From positions 582,007 through 646,006 of the forward strand of contig OY969800.1 in assembly GCA_963703215.1 (NCBI GenBank): DNA of 64,000 bases, in the 5' to 3' direction. The notes under the pieces are model-generated. The model did no database searches. It had not been told where the DNA came from and saw only the letters and a list, made by a program, of their open reading frames with translations. The DNA comes from an uncultured Bacteroidota bacterium (lineage in GTDB: Bacteria; Bacteroidota; Ignavibacteria; Kryptoniales; JAKASW01). Numbering within the stretch: position 1 is the stretch's first letter; every line of letters begins with the position of its first letter. The position numbers were made by a program, and so were the translations under genes. This document shows, piece by piece, positions 29,993-38,470 of this stretch.

Positions 29993-31010
29993 TCATTGCT
30001 TAGGTAATATTTTCGCCGCATCTTTCAAAACTCTTTGGATCGTTTCGTCGAGTCGAGCACCAAGCAGTCTCGCCCCGGACGCATTTTTATGCCCGCCGCC
30101 GCCATAAAGTTTTGCGAGCTCGTTCACCGGGACGTCTCCTTTGGACCTGAAACTGATCTTGACTCCTTCTGGTAATTCCATGAAGAAAATGGAAGCCACG
30201 ACCCCAGATATCGCACCTGCATAGTTGGCAAATTGTTCCGTCTCATCGGGAACAACATGATGTCTTCTCAACTGTTCCTGAGTTATGGAAAAGTAAGCGA
30301 GTCTGCCATCGTAGGCCAGCTCGAATTCCGGACAGGACTTCGCCGAGAAGTCTCGTGCGACCAATCGAATTCTGCTCGTAAAAGTTATTGTAGACATAAG
30401 TTGGATCGACGCCGAGATCTAAAAGATGTGCGGTGATTCGATGAAGATCGCCATCGGTCCGTGGAAAACGGAAAGATCCGGTATCAGTCATGATCGCTGC
30501 ATATAAGGCTTCAGCAATGCCTTTGTCCATCAATCCTGGATCATAAGCCATCAGGCATTTGTAAACTATTTCCGCCGTCGCGGGAGAATCTAAATCGATG
30601 AGCTGGAAATCGACAAAATCTTGTGCTTCCAGGTGGTGGTCGATGATTATTTTTCTTGCAGTGCTTTCCATAAAATATTTTTCCAGACTGCGAAGCCGTG
30701 ACGGATTATTCATGTCGACGGCGATCAGAACGTCGGCATCAAGAATCAGTCTCCCATCTTTATCGGGGTCAAACTTCTTTATCTCATTATCGTAGTCCAT
30801 GAAAATATGATTAGACGGTGTCTCGCTATGATTCAGAATCACGGATTCCTTTTTGATCTTGGCCAAGAATCGATTCAAGGCAAGCTCCGAGCCGAGTCCA
30901 TCAGCGTCAGGATTGACGTGAGTTGTAAGAACGAATTTCATATTATCGTCAACCACCATCCGGAAAATATCCGCGATTTCTTTTATCGATAGTACCGACG
31001 AGTGAACCAT
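29993..31010 (-). pseudogene. nrnA: bifunctional oligoribonuclease / pAp phosphatase NrnA (DHH-DHHA1), reading frame broken once near 30330
   Basis: The DHH half is at 30243-31010 (HVNPDADGLGS, IIIDHH) and the DHHA1 half at 29993-30397 (GGGGHKNASGA). Deleting one C in gtCCGGa gives ...RLLGEVLSEFELAYDGRLAYF... Confidence 0.85.
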
Positions 31011-31120
31011 TTATTCTCCATTTTGCACATAGAACTAAATATCTTTAAACCGACAGAATCAACCATTTACTGGTACGCACAGATAGCAATGACCTCATTA
31101 AGTTTGTCAAATAAAAGACA

Positions 31121-31156
31121 GAAAAATAAAAAGGGGAATCTTACGATTCCCCTTTT
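31121..31156 (-). terminator. Rho-independent terminator after korB (bidirectional shape)
   Basis: An 8-bp stem (GGGGAATC / GATTCCCC) with a 4-nt loop is flanked by an A-run and a T-run. On the minus strand it is followed by TTTTTATTTTTC. Confidence 0.8.
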
Positions 31157-31210
31157 GGTCAATTTGCAGAAACAACCCAGGTATTGCCAGACTTCAGCAG
31201 CTTGTCCAGA

Positions 31211-32203
31211 TCACCGGCTCCACGCTTTTTCGTAACTGCTTCGAGTCTGTTCACTCATCATTTCCTCATAGCTTTTACGTTCAGCCTGATAAAACACACC
31301 GACTGGAGTCGGGAAGCCTTGCCTTTCGCTGAACGTGGCAAGTAATACCGCGAGGTCAAGCGAAGATTCATCGTAAACCAGAACATCGCTGATGCTCCAT
31401 TTGCCGTCTTTCAACGAGACAACTTCAGGAGTGAAGACATTTAACCTTATTCCTTTGTCGTTCTCTTTTCCGAAAACCAATGATTTCCCGTGTTCAAGGT
31501 AGACGACGTTATCCGGTTTCGTTTCCTTCTCGGTCAGCAATTCAAACGCGCCGTCATTGAAAACGTTGCAGTTCTGGTAAATCTCGATGAAGGCCGTTCC
31601 ACGATGCTTTGCCGCACGGAGCAGAATTTGCTGAAGATGTTTCGGGTCTCTGTCCATCGACCGGGCCACGAAGGTCCCCGCTGCACCAAGCGCGAGTTGA
31701 ACCGGATTAAACGGGTAATCGACCGTTCCGTACGGCGTGGACTTCGTCTTCTTGCCGAGCTCTGAGGTCGGCGAATACTGACCTTTGGTCAATCCATAAA
31801 TCCTGTTGTTGAACATAAGTATCTTGAGTCCGATGTTGCGACGCAGAGCATGGATGAAGTGGTTTCCGCCAATCGAGAGCGCATCGCCATCTCCGGTTGC
31901 TACCCAGACGGTCAAATCTGGATTTGCTGTTTTAACTCCCGTGGCAATCGCTGGAGCACGTCCGTGTATTCCATGAATTCCGTAGGCCTCCATGTAATAC
32001 GGAAAGCGACTCGAACAGCCGATTCCTGAAACGAATACATGTTTTTCCTTCGGTACGTCCAGTTCCGGTAGAATTCTCTGAACCTGGGCGAGGATCGAAT
32101 AATCACCGCAGCCAGGGCACCATCTTACATCCTGATCTGACGAAAAATCTTTCGCAGTATATTTCTTAACCTGAATCTCACCATTTCCACCAGTCGTAGC
32201 CAT
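31211..32203 (-). CDS. korB: 2-oxoglutarate/2-oxoacid:ferredoxin oxidoreductase, beta subunit
   Basis: 330 aa with WCPGCGDYS and the TPP-binding motif GDGDALSIGGNH. Confidence 0.9.
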   Translation of the reverse strand: MATTGGNGEIQVKKYTAKDFSSDQDVRWCPGCGDYSILAQVQRILPELDVPKEKHVFVSGIGCSSRFPYYMEAYGIHGIHGRAPAIATGVKTANPDLTVWVATGDGDALSIGGNHFIHALRRNIGLKILMFNNRIYGLTKGQYSPTSELGKKTKSTPYGTVDYPFNPVQLALGAAGTFVARSMDRDPKHLQQILLRAAKHRGTAFIEIYQNCNVFNDGAFELLTEKETKPDNVVYLEHGKSLVFGKENDKGIRLNVFTPEVVSLKDGKWSISDVLVYDESSLDLAVLLATFSERQGFPTPVGVFYQAERKSYEEMMSEQTRSSYEKAWSR

Positions 32204-32235
32204 TATCTAACACCTCATAATTTTATTTTGGCTTC

Positions 32236-32311
32236 TTTTTTCCCGCTCATTATTGCAATTGTGATTTGCGGGATGCCGCAAAGCGGCACATTTCATGCGC
32301 CTTGCGGCTCA
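32236..32311 (-). repeat. structured intergenic repeat, copy 1 (between korA and korB)
   Basis: Shares a module order and two helices with the copies at ~35012-35095 and ~38374-38461. Helices are TGCCGC/GCGGCA and TCCCGC/GCGGGA. Confidence 0.7.
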
Positions 32312-34132
32312 GTATGCATCTTTGATTGCTTTTTCTAATTCGTTCGATCTAATTGGCAAACCTCTCACCTTGTTGAATTGAATAACCGGGATGAGGAATT
32401 CGCTCTTCAAAAGTTTTGCCAGCTGCCCGAGATTAATTTCGGGCACGAGAACCTTCTTAAAATTTTTCAGAACGCCTCCGAGATTTCTCGGGAATGGATT
32501 TAAGTAGCGGAGATGCGCGTGAGACACCTTATGGTGCGACTTGCGCAATCTCTCGACAGTCGATCGAACCGCACCGAAAGTTCCGCCCCAGCTTACAACA
32601 AGCAGCTCACCACTTTCCTCACCAAATACTTCCTGCAACGGAATATCCTTCTCGATGCCTTTGACTTTCTCGGCTCTCAAGTGCACCATGACATCGTGGT
32701 TGTCAGGATCATAGCTGACGTTGCCGGTGATATTTTGTTTCTCAAGACCACCGATTCTGTGCTCAAGTCCCGGGACTCCGGGGATTGCCCACGGTCTTAC
32801 ATTGTTTTCATTTCGAGAATACGGCTGAAAATTTTCCGGATCAGTCCGGAAATGGACGGGAATTCCCGCAAGATCCTTCGCATCAGGGACGAGCCATGGC
32901 TCGCTTCCGTTTGCAAGATAACCATCGGTGAGCAAATAAACCGGCGTCATGTATTTCACCGCTATTCTCGCAGCTTCGTACGCCATGTTGAAGCAATCCG
33001 CCGGCGTTGCAGCCGCAATGACAGGAGCAGGAGCTTCTCCATGACGACCGTAAATCACGAACAATAAATCCGACTGCTCGGTCTTTGTCGGCAAACCTGT
33101 AGAAGGTCCGCCGCGCTGCACATCCACTATGATCATTGGCAGTTCCAGCATAATACCAAGGCTGATCGTTTCGGATTTGAGCGCTGCACCAGGGCCGCTC
33201 GTTCCAGTGACTGCCAGGTTCCCGGCGTAAGAAGAACCTAAAGCCGCTCCAGCTGCCGCAATTTCGTCCTCTGCTTGAAATGTTTTTACTCCGAAATTCT
33301 TATACACCGATAAATTATGAAGGATGTCGCTCGCAGGAGTGATCGGATAGCTCGCATAATAAAGTGGTATTCCTGCTTTCTGCGATGCTGCGACGAGACC
33401 GAGAGCCGTCGCTTCGTTTCCAGTGATGTTTCTGTACAAACCCGGTTTCAATTGCGCTGGTTTTACTTCGAACCTCGATGCAAAAGCTTCCGTTGTATCA
33501 CCATAGTAGTAACCGGCTTTCAAAGCCTTGAGATTGGCTTCGGCAATTTTCGGTTCTTTGCCGAATTTCTCCTGGATCCATTCCTCAGTCGCTTCTGTTG
33601 TGCGAGAATACATCCAGTACATCAAGCCAAGAGCGAAGAAGTTTTTGCAGCGAACCATTTCCTTCTGAGTAAGTCCGATTCCCTGCAGTGCATTCAAGGT
33701 TAACTTCGTAATCGGGACATCGATAACTCGATAATTGGCAAGCGCGCCATCCGTCAATGGGTTTGCCTTGTATCCTGCAAGCTCGAGATTCTTATCGTCG
33801 AACGAATCCGTGTTAGCAAGAATCAATCCGCCTGTCTTCAAATCTTTCAGATGGACCTTCAACGCGGCTGGATTCATCGCGACGAGAACATCAGGATGAT
33901 CGCCGGGAGTCAGAATATCCCAGCTTGAAAAGTGAAGCTGGAAACTTGAAACGCCGAACAACGTTCCGGCAGGAGCCCTGATCTCTGCAGGATAATCCGG
34001 AAGCGTGCTAAGATCATTTCCGGCAAGCGCAGTTGTGTTCGTAAACTGCATGCCTGTCAACTGCATCCCATCACCCGAATCACCTGCAAATCGAATCACG
34101 ACATCATCTAATATTTCCGTCTTCTTACTCAT
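32309..34132 (-). CDS. korA: 2-oxoglutarate/2-oxoacid:ferredoxin oxidoreductase, alpha subunit
   Basis: 607 aa with a fused gamma/alpha-type architecture, directly upstream of korB. Confidence 0.9.
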   Translation of the reverse strand: MSKKTEILDDVVIRFAGDSGDGMQLTGMQFTNTTALAGNDLSTLPDYPAEIRAPAGTLFGVSSFQLHFSSWDILTPGDHPDVLVAMNPAALKVHLKDLKTGGLILANTDSFDDKNLELAGYKANPLTDGALANYRVIDVPITKLTLNALQGIGLTQKEMVRCKNFFALGLMYWMYSRTTEATEEWIQEKFGKEPKIAEANLKALKAGYYYGDTTEAFASRFEVKPAQLKPGLYRNITGNEATALGLVAASQKAGIPLYYASYPITPASDILHNLSVYKNFGVKTFQAEDEIAAAGAALGSSYAGNLAVTGTSGPGAALKSETISLGIMLELPMIIVDVQRGGPSTGLPTKTEQSDLLFVIYGRHGEAPAPVIAAATPADCFNMAYEAARIAVKYMTPVYLLTDGYLANGSEPWLVPDAKDLAGIPVHFRTDPENFQPYSRNENNVRPWAIPGVPGLEHRIGGLEKQNITGNVSYDPDNHDVMVHLRAEKVKGIEKDIPLQEVFGEESGELLVVSWGGTFGAVRSTVERLRKSHHKVSHAHLRYLNPFPRNLGGVLKNFKKVLVPEINLGQLAKLLKSEFLIPVIQFNKVRGLPIRSNELEKAIKDAY

Positions 34133-34887
34133 TCGTGTTCCCTCTTGTTAATTGCTTTCACGACAGACTCGTTGAGAAATGGAAACCATTTCGCGAAATA
34201 ACCGGAAAGCACCGTTAGATTGTTCGTCATTATCAAAATTCCAACTATTACCAACAAAACTCCACCCGTAACTTCGACCCACCTGATGTATTTACTAAAT
34301 TTCCTGAAGAAGCCAAGAAATGCATTGATGCTCAGACTCGTCACAAGAAATGGTATTCCCAGTCCGAGCGAGTAGACTGAAAGAAGGAGAATTCCTTTTC
34401 CGATTGTGTTCTGTTGAGCCGCAATCGCAAGTATTGCGGCAAGAACCGGACCTATGCACGGCGTCCATCCGAAAGCAAAAGCAAGTCCCGCAACAAATGA
34501 ACCGAGAAAACCGATCTTCTTTCCTGTGTGAAACTTCTTCTCATAGTTGAGGAATCTTATCTTGAACACCCCGGTCATGTGAAGGCCAAAAATAATAATT
34601 ATCAATCCTGCAATCTTCGAAAACATGTTCAGCTTCTGAAGAAGAAATTGTCCGACTGCTGTCGCTGATGCACCGAGCGCGACGAAGATAACCGAGAATC
34701 CTAGTACAAAGAGAACAGAATTCAAGGTCACTTTCTTGAACAGATCCGATCGTGCACTGTTCATCATCTCATCGAAACTGTAACCGCTGATGAATGACAG
34801 ATACCCTGGCACTATCGGCAGAACACACGGCGATATAAAGGAAATTATTCCGAAAACAAACGCCGTGAGGATGCTTACATTTTCCAC
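34129..34887 (-). CDS. ccdA: cytochrome c biogenesis / thiol-disulfide transporter CcdA (DsbD family)
   Basis: 252 aa, polytopic, with SPCVLPIVPGYLSF and TPCIGPVL Cys motifs. GTG start; 4-nt overlap with korA. Confidence 0.85.
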   Translation of the reverse strand: MENVSILTAFVFGIISFISPCVLPIVPGYLSFISGYSFDEMMNSARSDLFKKVTLNSVLFVLGFSVIFVALGASATAVGQFLLQKLNMFSKIAGLIIIIFGLHMTGVFKIRFLNYEKKFHTGKKIGFLGSFVAGLAFAFGWTPCIGPVLAAILAIAAQQNTIGKGILLLSVYSLGLGIPFLVTSLSINAFLGFFRKFSKYIRWVEVTGGVLLVIVGILIMTNNLTVLSGYFAKWFPFLNESVVKAINKREHE

Positions 34888-34908
34888 TATCTTCTCTTCA
34901 TTAAGTTA

Positions 34909-34931
34909 CATTTGTGCTTAGAGCAGCTCAT
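34909..34931 (-). repeat. partial copy (5' module only) of the structured intergenic repeat
   Basis: The minus strand reads ATGAGCTGCTCTAAGCACAAATG, compared with ATGAGCTGTAAAGCACATGATG in copy 3. Confidence 0.45.
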
Positions 34932-35011
34932 GAATCATCTACTTAATGAGACGTCATACGCGGCACTATGGTTCAGTCCGCACAATGATGTCCTATTCCG
35001 CCAATTATTCT

Positions 35012-35095
35012 ACTTTTCCCGCCCATCATTATTCAAATAGGATATGCGGGATGCCACAATGCGGCACTTTTTCTCATCGTGTGCCTTAGGGCTCA
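35012..35095 (-). repeat. structured intergenic repeat, copy 2 (starts inside the last codons of rplI)
   Basis: Has the same modules. Helix 1 is TGCCGC/GTGGCA (G.U in the minus-strand RNA) and helix 2 is TCCCGC/GCGGGA. Confidence 0.7.
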
Positions 35096-35538
35096 TTCTG
35101 CTTCCTGACCGACACGTTGATCTCGGCGGCAACTTGCTGGTGGAGCTTTAGAGGAACCTTGTACTCTCCAAGCGACTTGATCGGTTCAGCCAGATCAATT
35201 CGCCTGCGATCGATTTCGAATCCCTTCTCTGCAAGCTTATCAGCAATCATCTGCGAAGTGACAGAGCCGAACAGTTTATCTTCTTCACCAGCTTGAACTT
35301 CAAGCGTGATTTCAACGCCATTGAGTTTCTCCGCAACAGACTGAGCGTCATGAATCTCGCGGTTCATTTTCGCCTGGTAGGCTTTCTTCTCGTTTTCGAT
35401 CAGCTTCATGTAGCCTGGCGCATACGGATAAGCGACTTTCTGCGGGATCAAAAAATTCCGCGCATATCCGTCCCGCACATCGACGACTTTTCCTATTTCG
35501 CCGAGTCCTTCATAGTTCTTTCTAAGTATTACTTTCAT
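35086..35538 (-). CDS. rplI: 50S ribosomal protein L9
   Basis: 150 aa starting MKVILRKNYEGLGEIGKVVDVRDGYARNFLIP. Confidence 0.95.
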   Translation of the reverse strand: MKVILRKNYEGLGEIGKVVDVRDGYARNFLIPQKVAYPYAPGYMKLIENEKKAYQAKMNREIHDAQSVAEKLNGVEITLEVQAGEEDKLFGSVTSQMIADKLAEKGFEIDRRRIDLAEPIKSLGEYKVPLKLHQQVAAEINVSVRKQNEP

Positions 35539-35618
35539 ATAAACTCCTTAAGAGCAGTGATTACCTTTTGGCAATTAATTTTTGGCTAAACCCAACAACT
35601 TACAGCGAACGGCTGCCG

Positions 35619-35855
35619 TTATCTGATTATGTCTGAAACAAACGGCAGTAACGCGAGATGACGCGCTCTCTTAATTGCGAGCGCAAGCTGGCGCTGATGC
35701 TTGGCGCAGGTTCCTGTCACCCGGCGAGGAATAATTTTTCCTTGCTCCGAGGTAAACTTGATAATGCGTTTGTCATCTTTGTAATCGACGTAAACGTCTC
35801 CGTTCTCACAAAACCTGCAGACTTTTCTTTTCTTTATTTCTTTGACTGGTACCAC
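35619..35855 (-). CDS. rpsR: 30S ribosomal protein S18
   Basis: 78 aa with CRFC...IDYKD...PRRVTG.CAKHQR. Confidence 0.95.
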   Translation of the reverse strand: MVPVKEIKKRKVCRFCENGDVYVDYKDDKRIIKFTSEQGKIIPRRVTGTCAKHQRQLALAIKRARHLALLPFVSDIIR

Positions 35856-35904
35856 AATTATTCCACCTTTTTTTTAGTTGTATCCCGCCAGAAGCGAATG
35901 CATT

Positions 35905-36417
35905 TTACTTACTCACTAATTCCTGTCGAGACTGAAGATTTTGGACCTCAGCACTGCCATTTTGTTTAAGCATATTCGATTCTTCATTCGACAAAAAACG
36001 GTCGAAAGAATCATCTGTGAATGACGATGGCTCTTCTTCCGTTTGACCCTCGTGAACATCAGTGAAGTGAACTTGCCTGTTGAGAAATTGTATTCTCCTC
36101 GCTTTGATCTCCACGATGGACCGGTTATGACCGTCCTCGGTTTTCCAATTTCGACTCTGGAGCGTGCCGTCAACTAAAACGGCATTCCCCTTTTTCAATC
36201 TGTCACGGCAACTGTCGGCAAGCTTGTTCCACGCAACGATACCGATATAACAAACATCCTCCTGCCATTGGTTTCCACCGTCACGAAACCTTCTGTTGGA
36301 AGCGACCGTGAAATTTACCACTGGAGTGCCGCTCATCGTCTGACGAAAAACCGGATCCCTCGTAAGGTTTCCGGCAATTATGACGCTATTCATCTCAGGC
36401 ATCTTTAGATCGGCCAT
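35905..36417 (-). CDS. ssb: single-stranded DNA-binding protein (lacks the canonical acidic C-terminal tip)
   Basis: OB fold (NSVIIAGNLTRDPVFRQT...GTPVVNFTVA). ATG 36417 is preceded by GGAGG. The gene lies between rpsF and rpsR. Confidence 0.85.
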   Translation of the reverse strand: MADLKMPEMNSVIIAGNLTRDPVFRQTMSGTPVVNFTVASNRRFRDGGNQWQEDVCYIGIVAWNKLADSCRDRLKKGNAVLVDGTLQSRNWKTEDGHNRSIVEIKARRIQFLNRQVHFTDVHEGQTEEEPSSFTDDSFDRFLSNEESNMLKQNGSAEVQNLQSRQELVSK

Positions 36418-36491
36418 GAATCCTCCCTCAATCCTTCCTTGCGGACGGCTTCCATTCATCGAGAAACCGCCGGCTTGCCTTGCTCAATGAT

Positions 36492-36896
36492 TTATCTCCC
36501 ATTGTGATCTTTTTCAGTCATAGCCGTTCCAATGTCAGTCTGCTCCGTCCTCGAGACCCGCTGGCGGCGCCGTTTCTTGATGCCCGCCCGTGCTTTCAGC
36601 ATGTTCTTGTCGACTACGACTGTCAAATGGCGAATAACATCCTCATCAAGCTTGAACACTTGCTCCAGCTTGGAAACGATATCGGTCGGCGACTTATGCA
36701 GCAGTTGGACATAGAAGCCTGCGTTTTTCTTCTTGATGGGATATGCAAGACGCCGTCTTCCCCAGCGATCCGCATTTGTCACTTCGCCACCGTTCTTTGA
36801 TATAAATTCCTGGTAGCGTCCAATTACAGTCTCGACCTGACTATCTTCGAGATTGGAATTTACAATGAAAGTTGTCTCATATTCACGTTGAACCAT
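36492..36896 (-). CDS. rpsF: 30S ribosomal protein S6
   Basis: 134 aa starting REYETTFIVNSNLEDSQVE. Confidence 0.93.
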   Translation of the reverse strand: MVQREYETTFIVNSNLEDSQVETVIGRYQEFISKNGGEVTNADRWGRRRLAYPIKKKNAGFYVQLLHKSPTDIVSKLEQVFKLDEDVIRHLTVVVDKNMLKARAGIKKRRRQRVSRTEQTDIGTAMTEKDHNGR

Positions 36897-36974
36897 ATTC
36901 AGCTTACTTCACCTCCTTATCAGGAAATTGTAAATTTTAAATGTTGAATTTTAAATTTCATTTTGAATTCAAAA

Positions 36975-36995
36975 TTGAGAATCAAAAATTCTCAA
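36975..36995 (-). terminator. AT-rich hairpin plus T-run directly after the pth stop
   Basis: TTGAGAAT / ATTCTCAA, an 8-bp stem with a 5-nt loop, is followed on the minus strand by TTTTG. Confidence 0.5.
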
Positions 36996-36996
36996 G

Positions 36997-37566
36997 CTAG
37001 TTAAACCTATTCATCACAGTTTCGATTCCTTCGTTGATAAAACCAAACACCGCGTCGGCGGCGTTCTTCACCATTTTTTTTACCTCTGGGATTTCTTCCC
37101 CGTCAAATTTAGAAAGAACAAAATCCGCCATGTCTCTTCCTGGTACAACCTCATCGGTTCCGATACCACACCTAAGCCGCGGGAAGCCATCGTCATTCAA
37201 ATGATAAATGATCGAATAAACTCCGTTGTGTCCACCGTCGCTTCCACCTTTTCTGAGGCGAAGCTTGGCGAACGGGATATTGAAGTCGTCATGCACAACC
37301 AATAGATCTTCCAGTTGAATGCCAAATCTGTCAACTGCATCTTCGACAGCGATGCCGCTGTTGTTCATGAATGTCGTGGGCTTCAACAGAACGACATCTT
37401 CACCAGCGTGATAGATTTCTGCGAAGAAATATTCCCCTTTGCCAGGAGAAAACGCCTTTCTCACTTTCGAGGAAACTTCGTCAACGACCATGAAGCCGAC
37501 ATTGTGACGAGTCCCTTCATACTCCCGTCCGACATTTCCCAATCCGACAATCATTTTCACACTCAC
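36997..37566 (-). CDS. pth: peptidyl-tRNA hydrolase
   Basis: IVGLGNVGREYEGTRHNVGF. The true start is possibly the GTG at 37560 or the ATG at 37554. Confidence 0.93.
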   Translation of the reverse strand: MSVKMIVGLGNVGREYEGTRHNVGFMVVDEVSSKVRKAFSPGKGEYFFAEIYHAGEDVVLLKPTTFMNNSGIAVEDAVDRFGIQLEDLLVVHDDFNIPFAKLRLRKGGSDGGHNGVYSIIYHLNDDGFPRLRCGIGTDEVVPGRDMADFVLSKFDGEEIPEVKKMVKNAADAVFGFINEGIETVMNRFN

Positions 37567-37644
37567 CGAGTCATGATCCTGAGCGCAACAACCAGCATTT
37601 AACTATTAGCGTGGAGCTAAAGGCTAAGAGCTAACGGCCGATTG

Positions 37645-38364
37645 CTACTTCTTTTCCTTTTCCTTCTCTTTCTCTTTTTCCTTAGGCTTCTCTTTATCTT
37701 TGGGCTTCTCGCCTTCTTCTGCCTCTTCGCCTTCCTCAGCCTTCTTCGTCTTGCCGATGACTTCGGGCTCTGTCGGCTCCTCAGCAGCAGCCACAGCAGC
37801 TTCAGGAGTCTCTTCTTTGATCGTAGGCGGCGGAACAACGGTGACGATCGCCGATTCTGGATTGTCGAGAATCTTTACCCCTTCTATCTTTACATCTTTT
37901 ATGTGAATCGAATCCGCGATGCCGAGTTCATCGACTTTGATTTCTATACGTTCTGGTACTTGCTCCGGATCGCACTGAATTCTAATTCTGTGAATCGAAT
38001 GCTGGACTATACCGCCGTCCTTCACACCCTTCGGCGTTCCGACAAGCTGGACAGGAACCTGAACAGTTATCTTCTGGCCTTCCTTAATTCCATGCAGGTC
38101 GAAGTGTAATATCTTTCCAACGACCGGATCAAACTGCACGTCGTTCAAAATAGCCCTTCGCTCGGTTCCATCTTGGAATTTTACCCTTATCAGGTGGGTC
38201 GCATGCGATGTTACGAGACCGCGAACTGGTGCCTCGTCGGCCTGTACAACCACATTCTCGGTTCCAAGATAAAACACGCCGGGCACCTTTTTATCTGCGA
38301 AAAGTCTCTTCGATTTCTTACCCCTCAAAGTCCTTTTCTCAACATTCAAAACAACTTCTTCCAT
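37645..38364 (-). CDS. rplY: 50S ribosomal protein L25 / general stress protein Ctc with a Lys/Glu-rich tail
   Basis: 239 aa with an L25 N-terminal domain and a Ctc beta-domain. The tail is KPKDKEKPKEKEKEKEKEKK. Confidence 0.9.
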   Translation of the reverse strand: MEEVVLNVEKRTLRGKKSKRLFADKKVPGVFYLGTENVVVQADEAPVRGLVTSHATHLIRVKFQDGTERRAILNDVQFDPVVGKILHFDLHGIKEGQKITVQVPVQLVGTPKGVKDGGIVQHSIHRIRIQCDPEQVPERIEIKVDELGIADSIHIKDVKIEGVKILDNPESAIVTVVPPPTIKEETPEAAVAAAEEPTEPEVIGKTKKAEEGEEAEEGEKPKDKEKPKEKEKEKEKEKK

Positions 38365-38373
38365 AATTATCCT

Positions 38374-38461
38374 CGCTTTCCCGTTCTAATACTAAGTAAA
38401 ATCGACGATACGGGATGCCGCACAACGCGGCACTTTCTCACATCATGTGCTTTACAGCTCA
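38374..38461 (-). repeat. structured intergenic repeat, copy 3 (between prs and ctc)
   Basis: Has the same modules. Helix 2 is TCCCGT/ACGGGA, a double compensatory change relative to copies 1 and 2. Confidence 0.7.
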
Positions 38462-38470
38462 TTTCTTCCT

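Noticed and set aside
37617-38109. Low-complexity ORFs and an apparent short-period DNA repeat (aaggaaaag/gagaaagag) near 37645-37720. I considered this as a tandem repeat or array.
   Set aside because: It is the Lys/Glu-rich C-terminal tail of Ctc/L25 read in other frames or on the other strand. The period is 3-6 nt, there is no spacer structure, and it is not CRISPR-like.
32236-38461. Possibility that the intergenic repeats encode a conserved micropeptide (MS.KAH[DE]..KCR[IVF]...).
   Set aside because: One copy starts with CTG, not ATG. A 2-nt loop-length difference shifts the frame after about 13 codons, so downstream peptide sequences are unrelated. The compensatory changes fit RNA or DNA structure better than coding.
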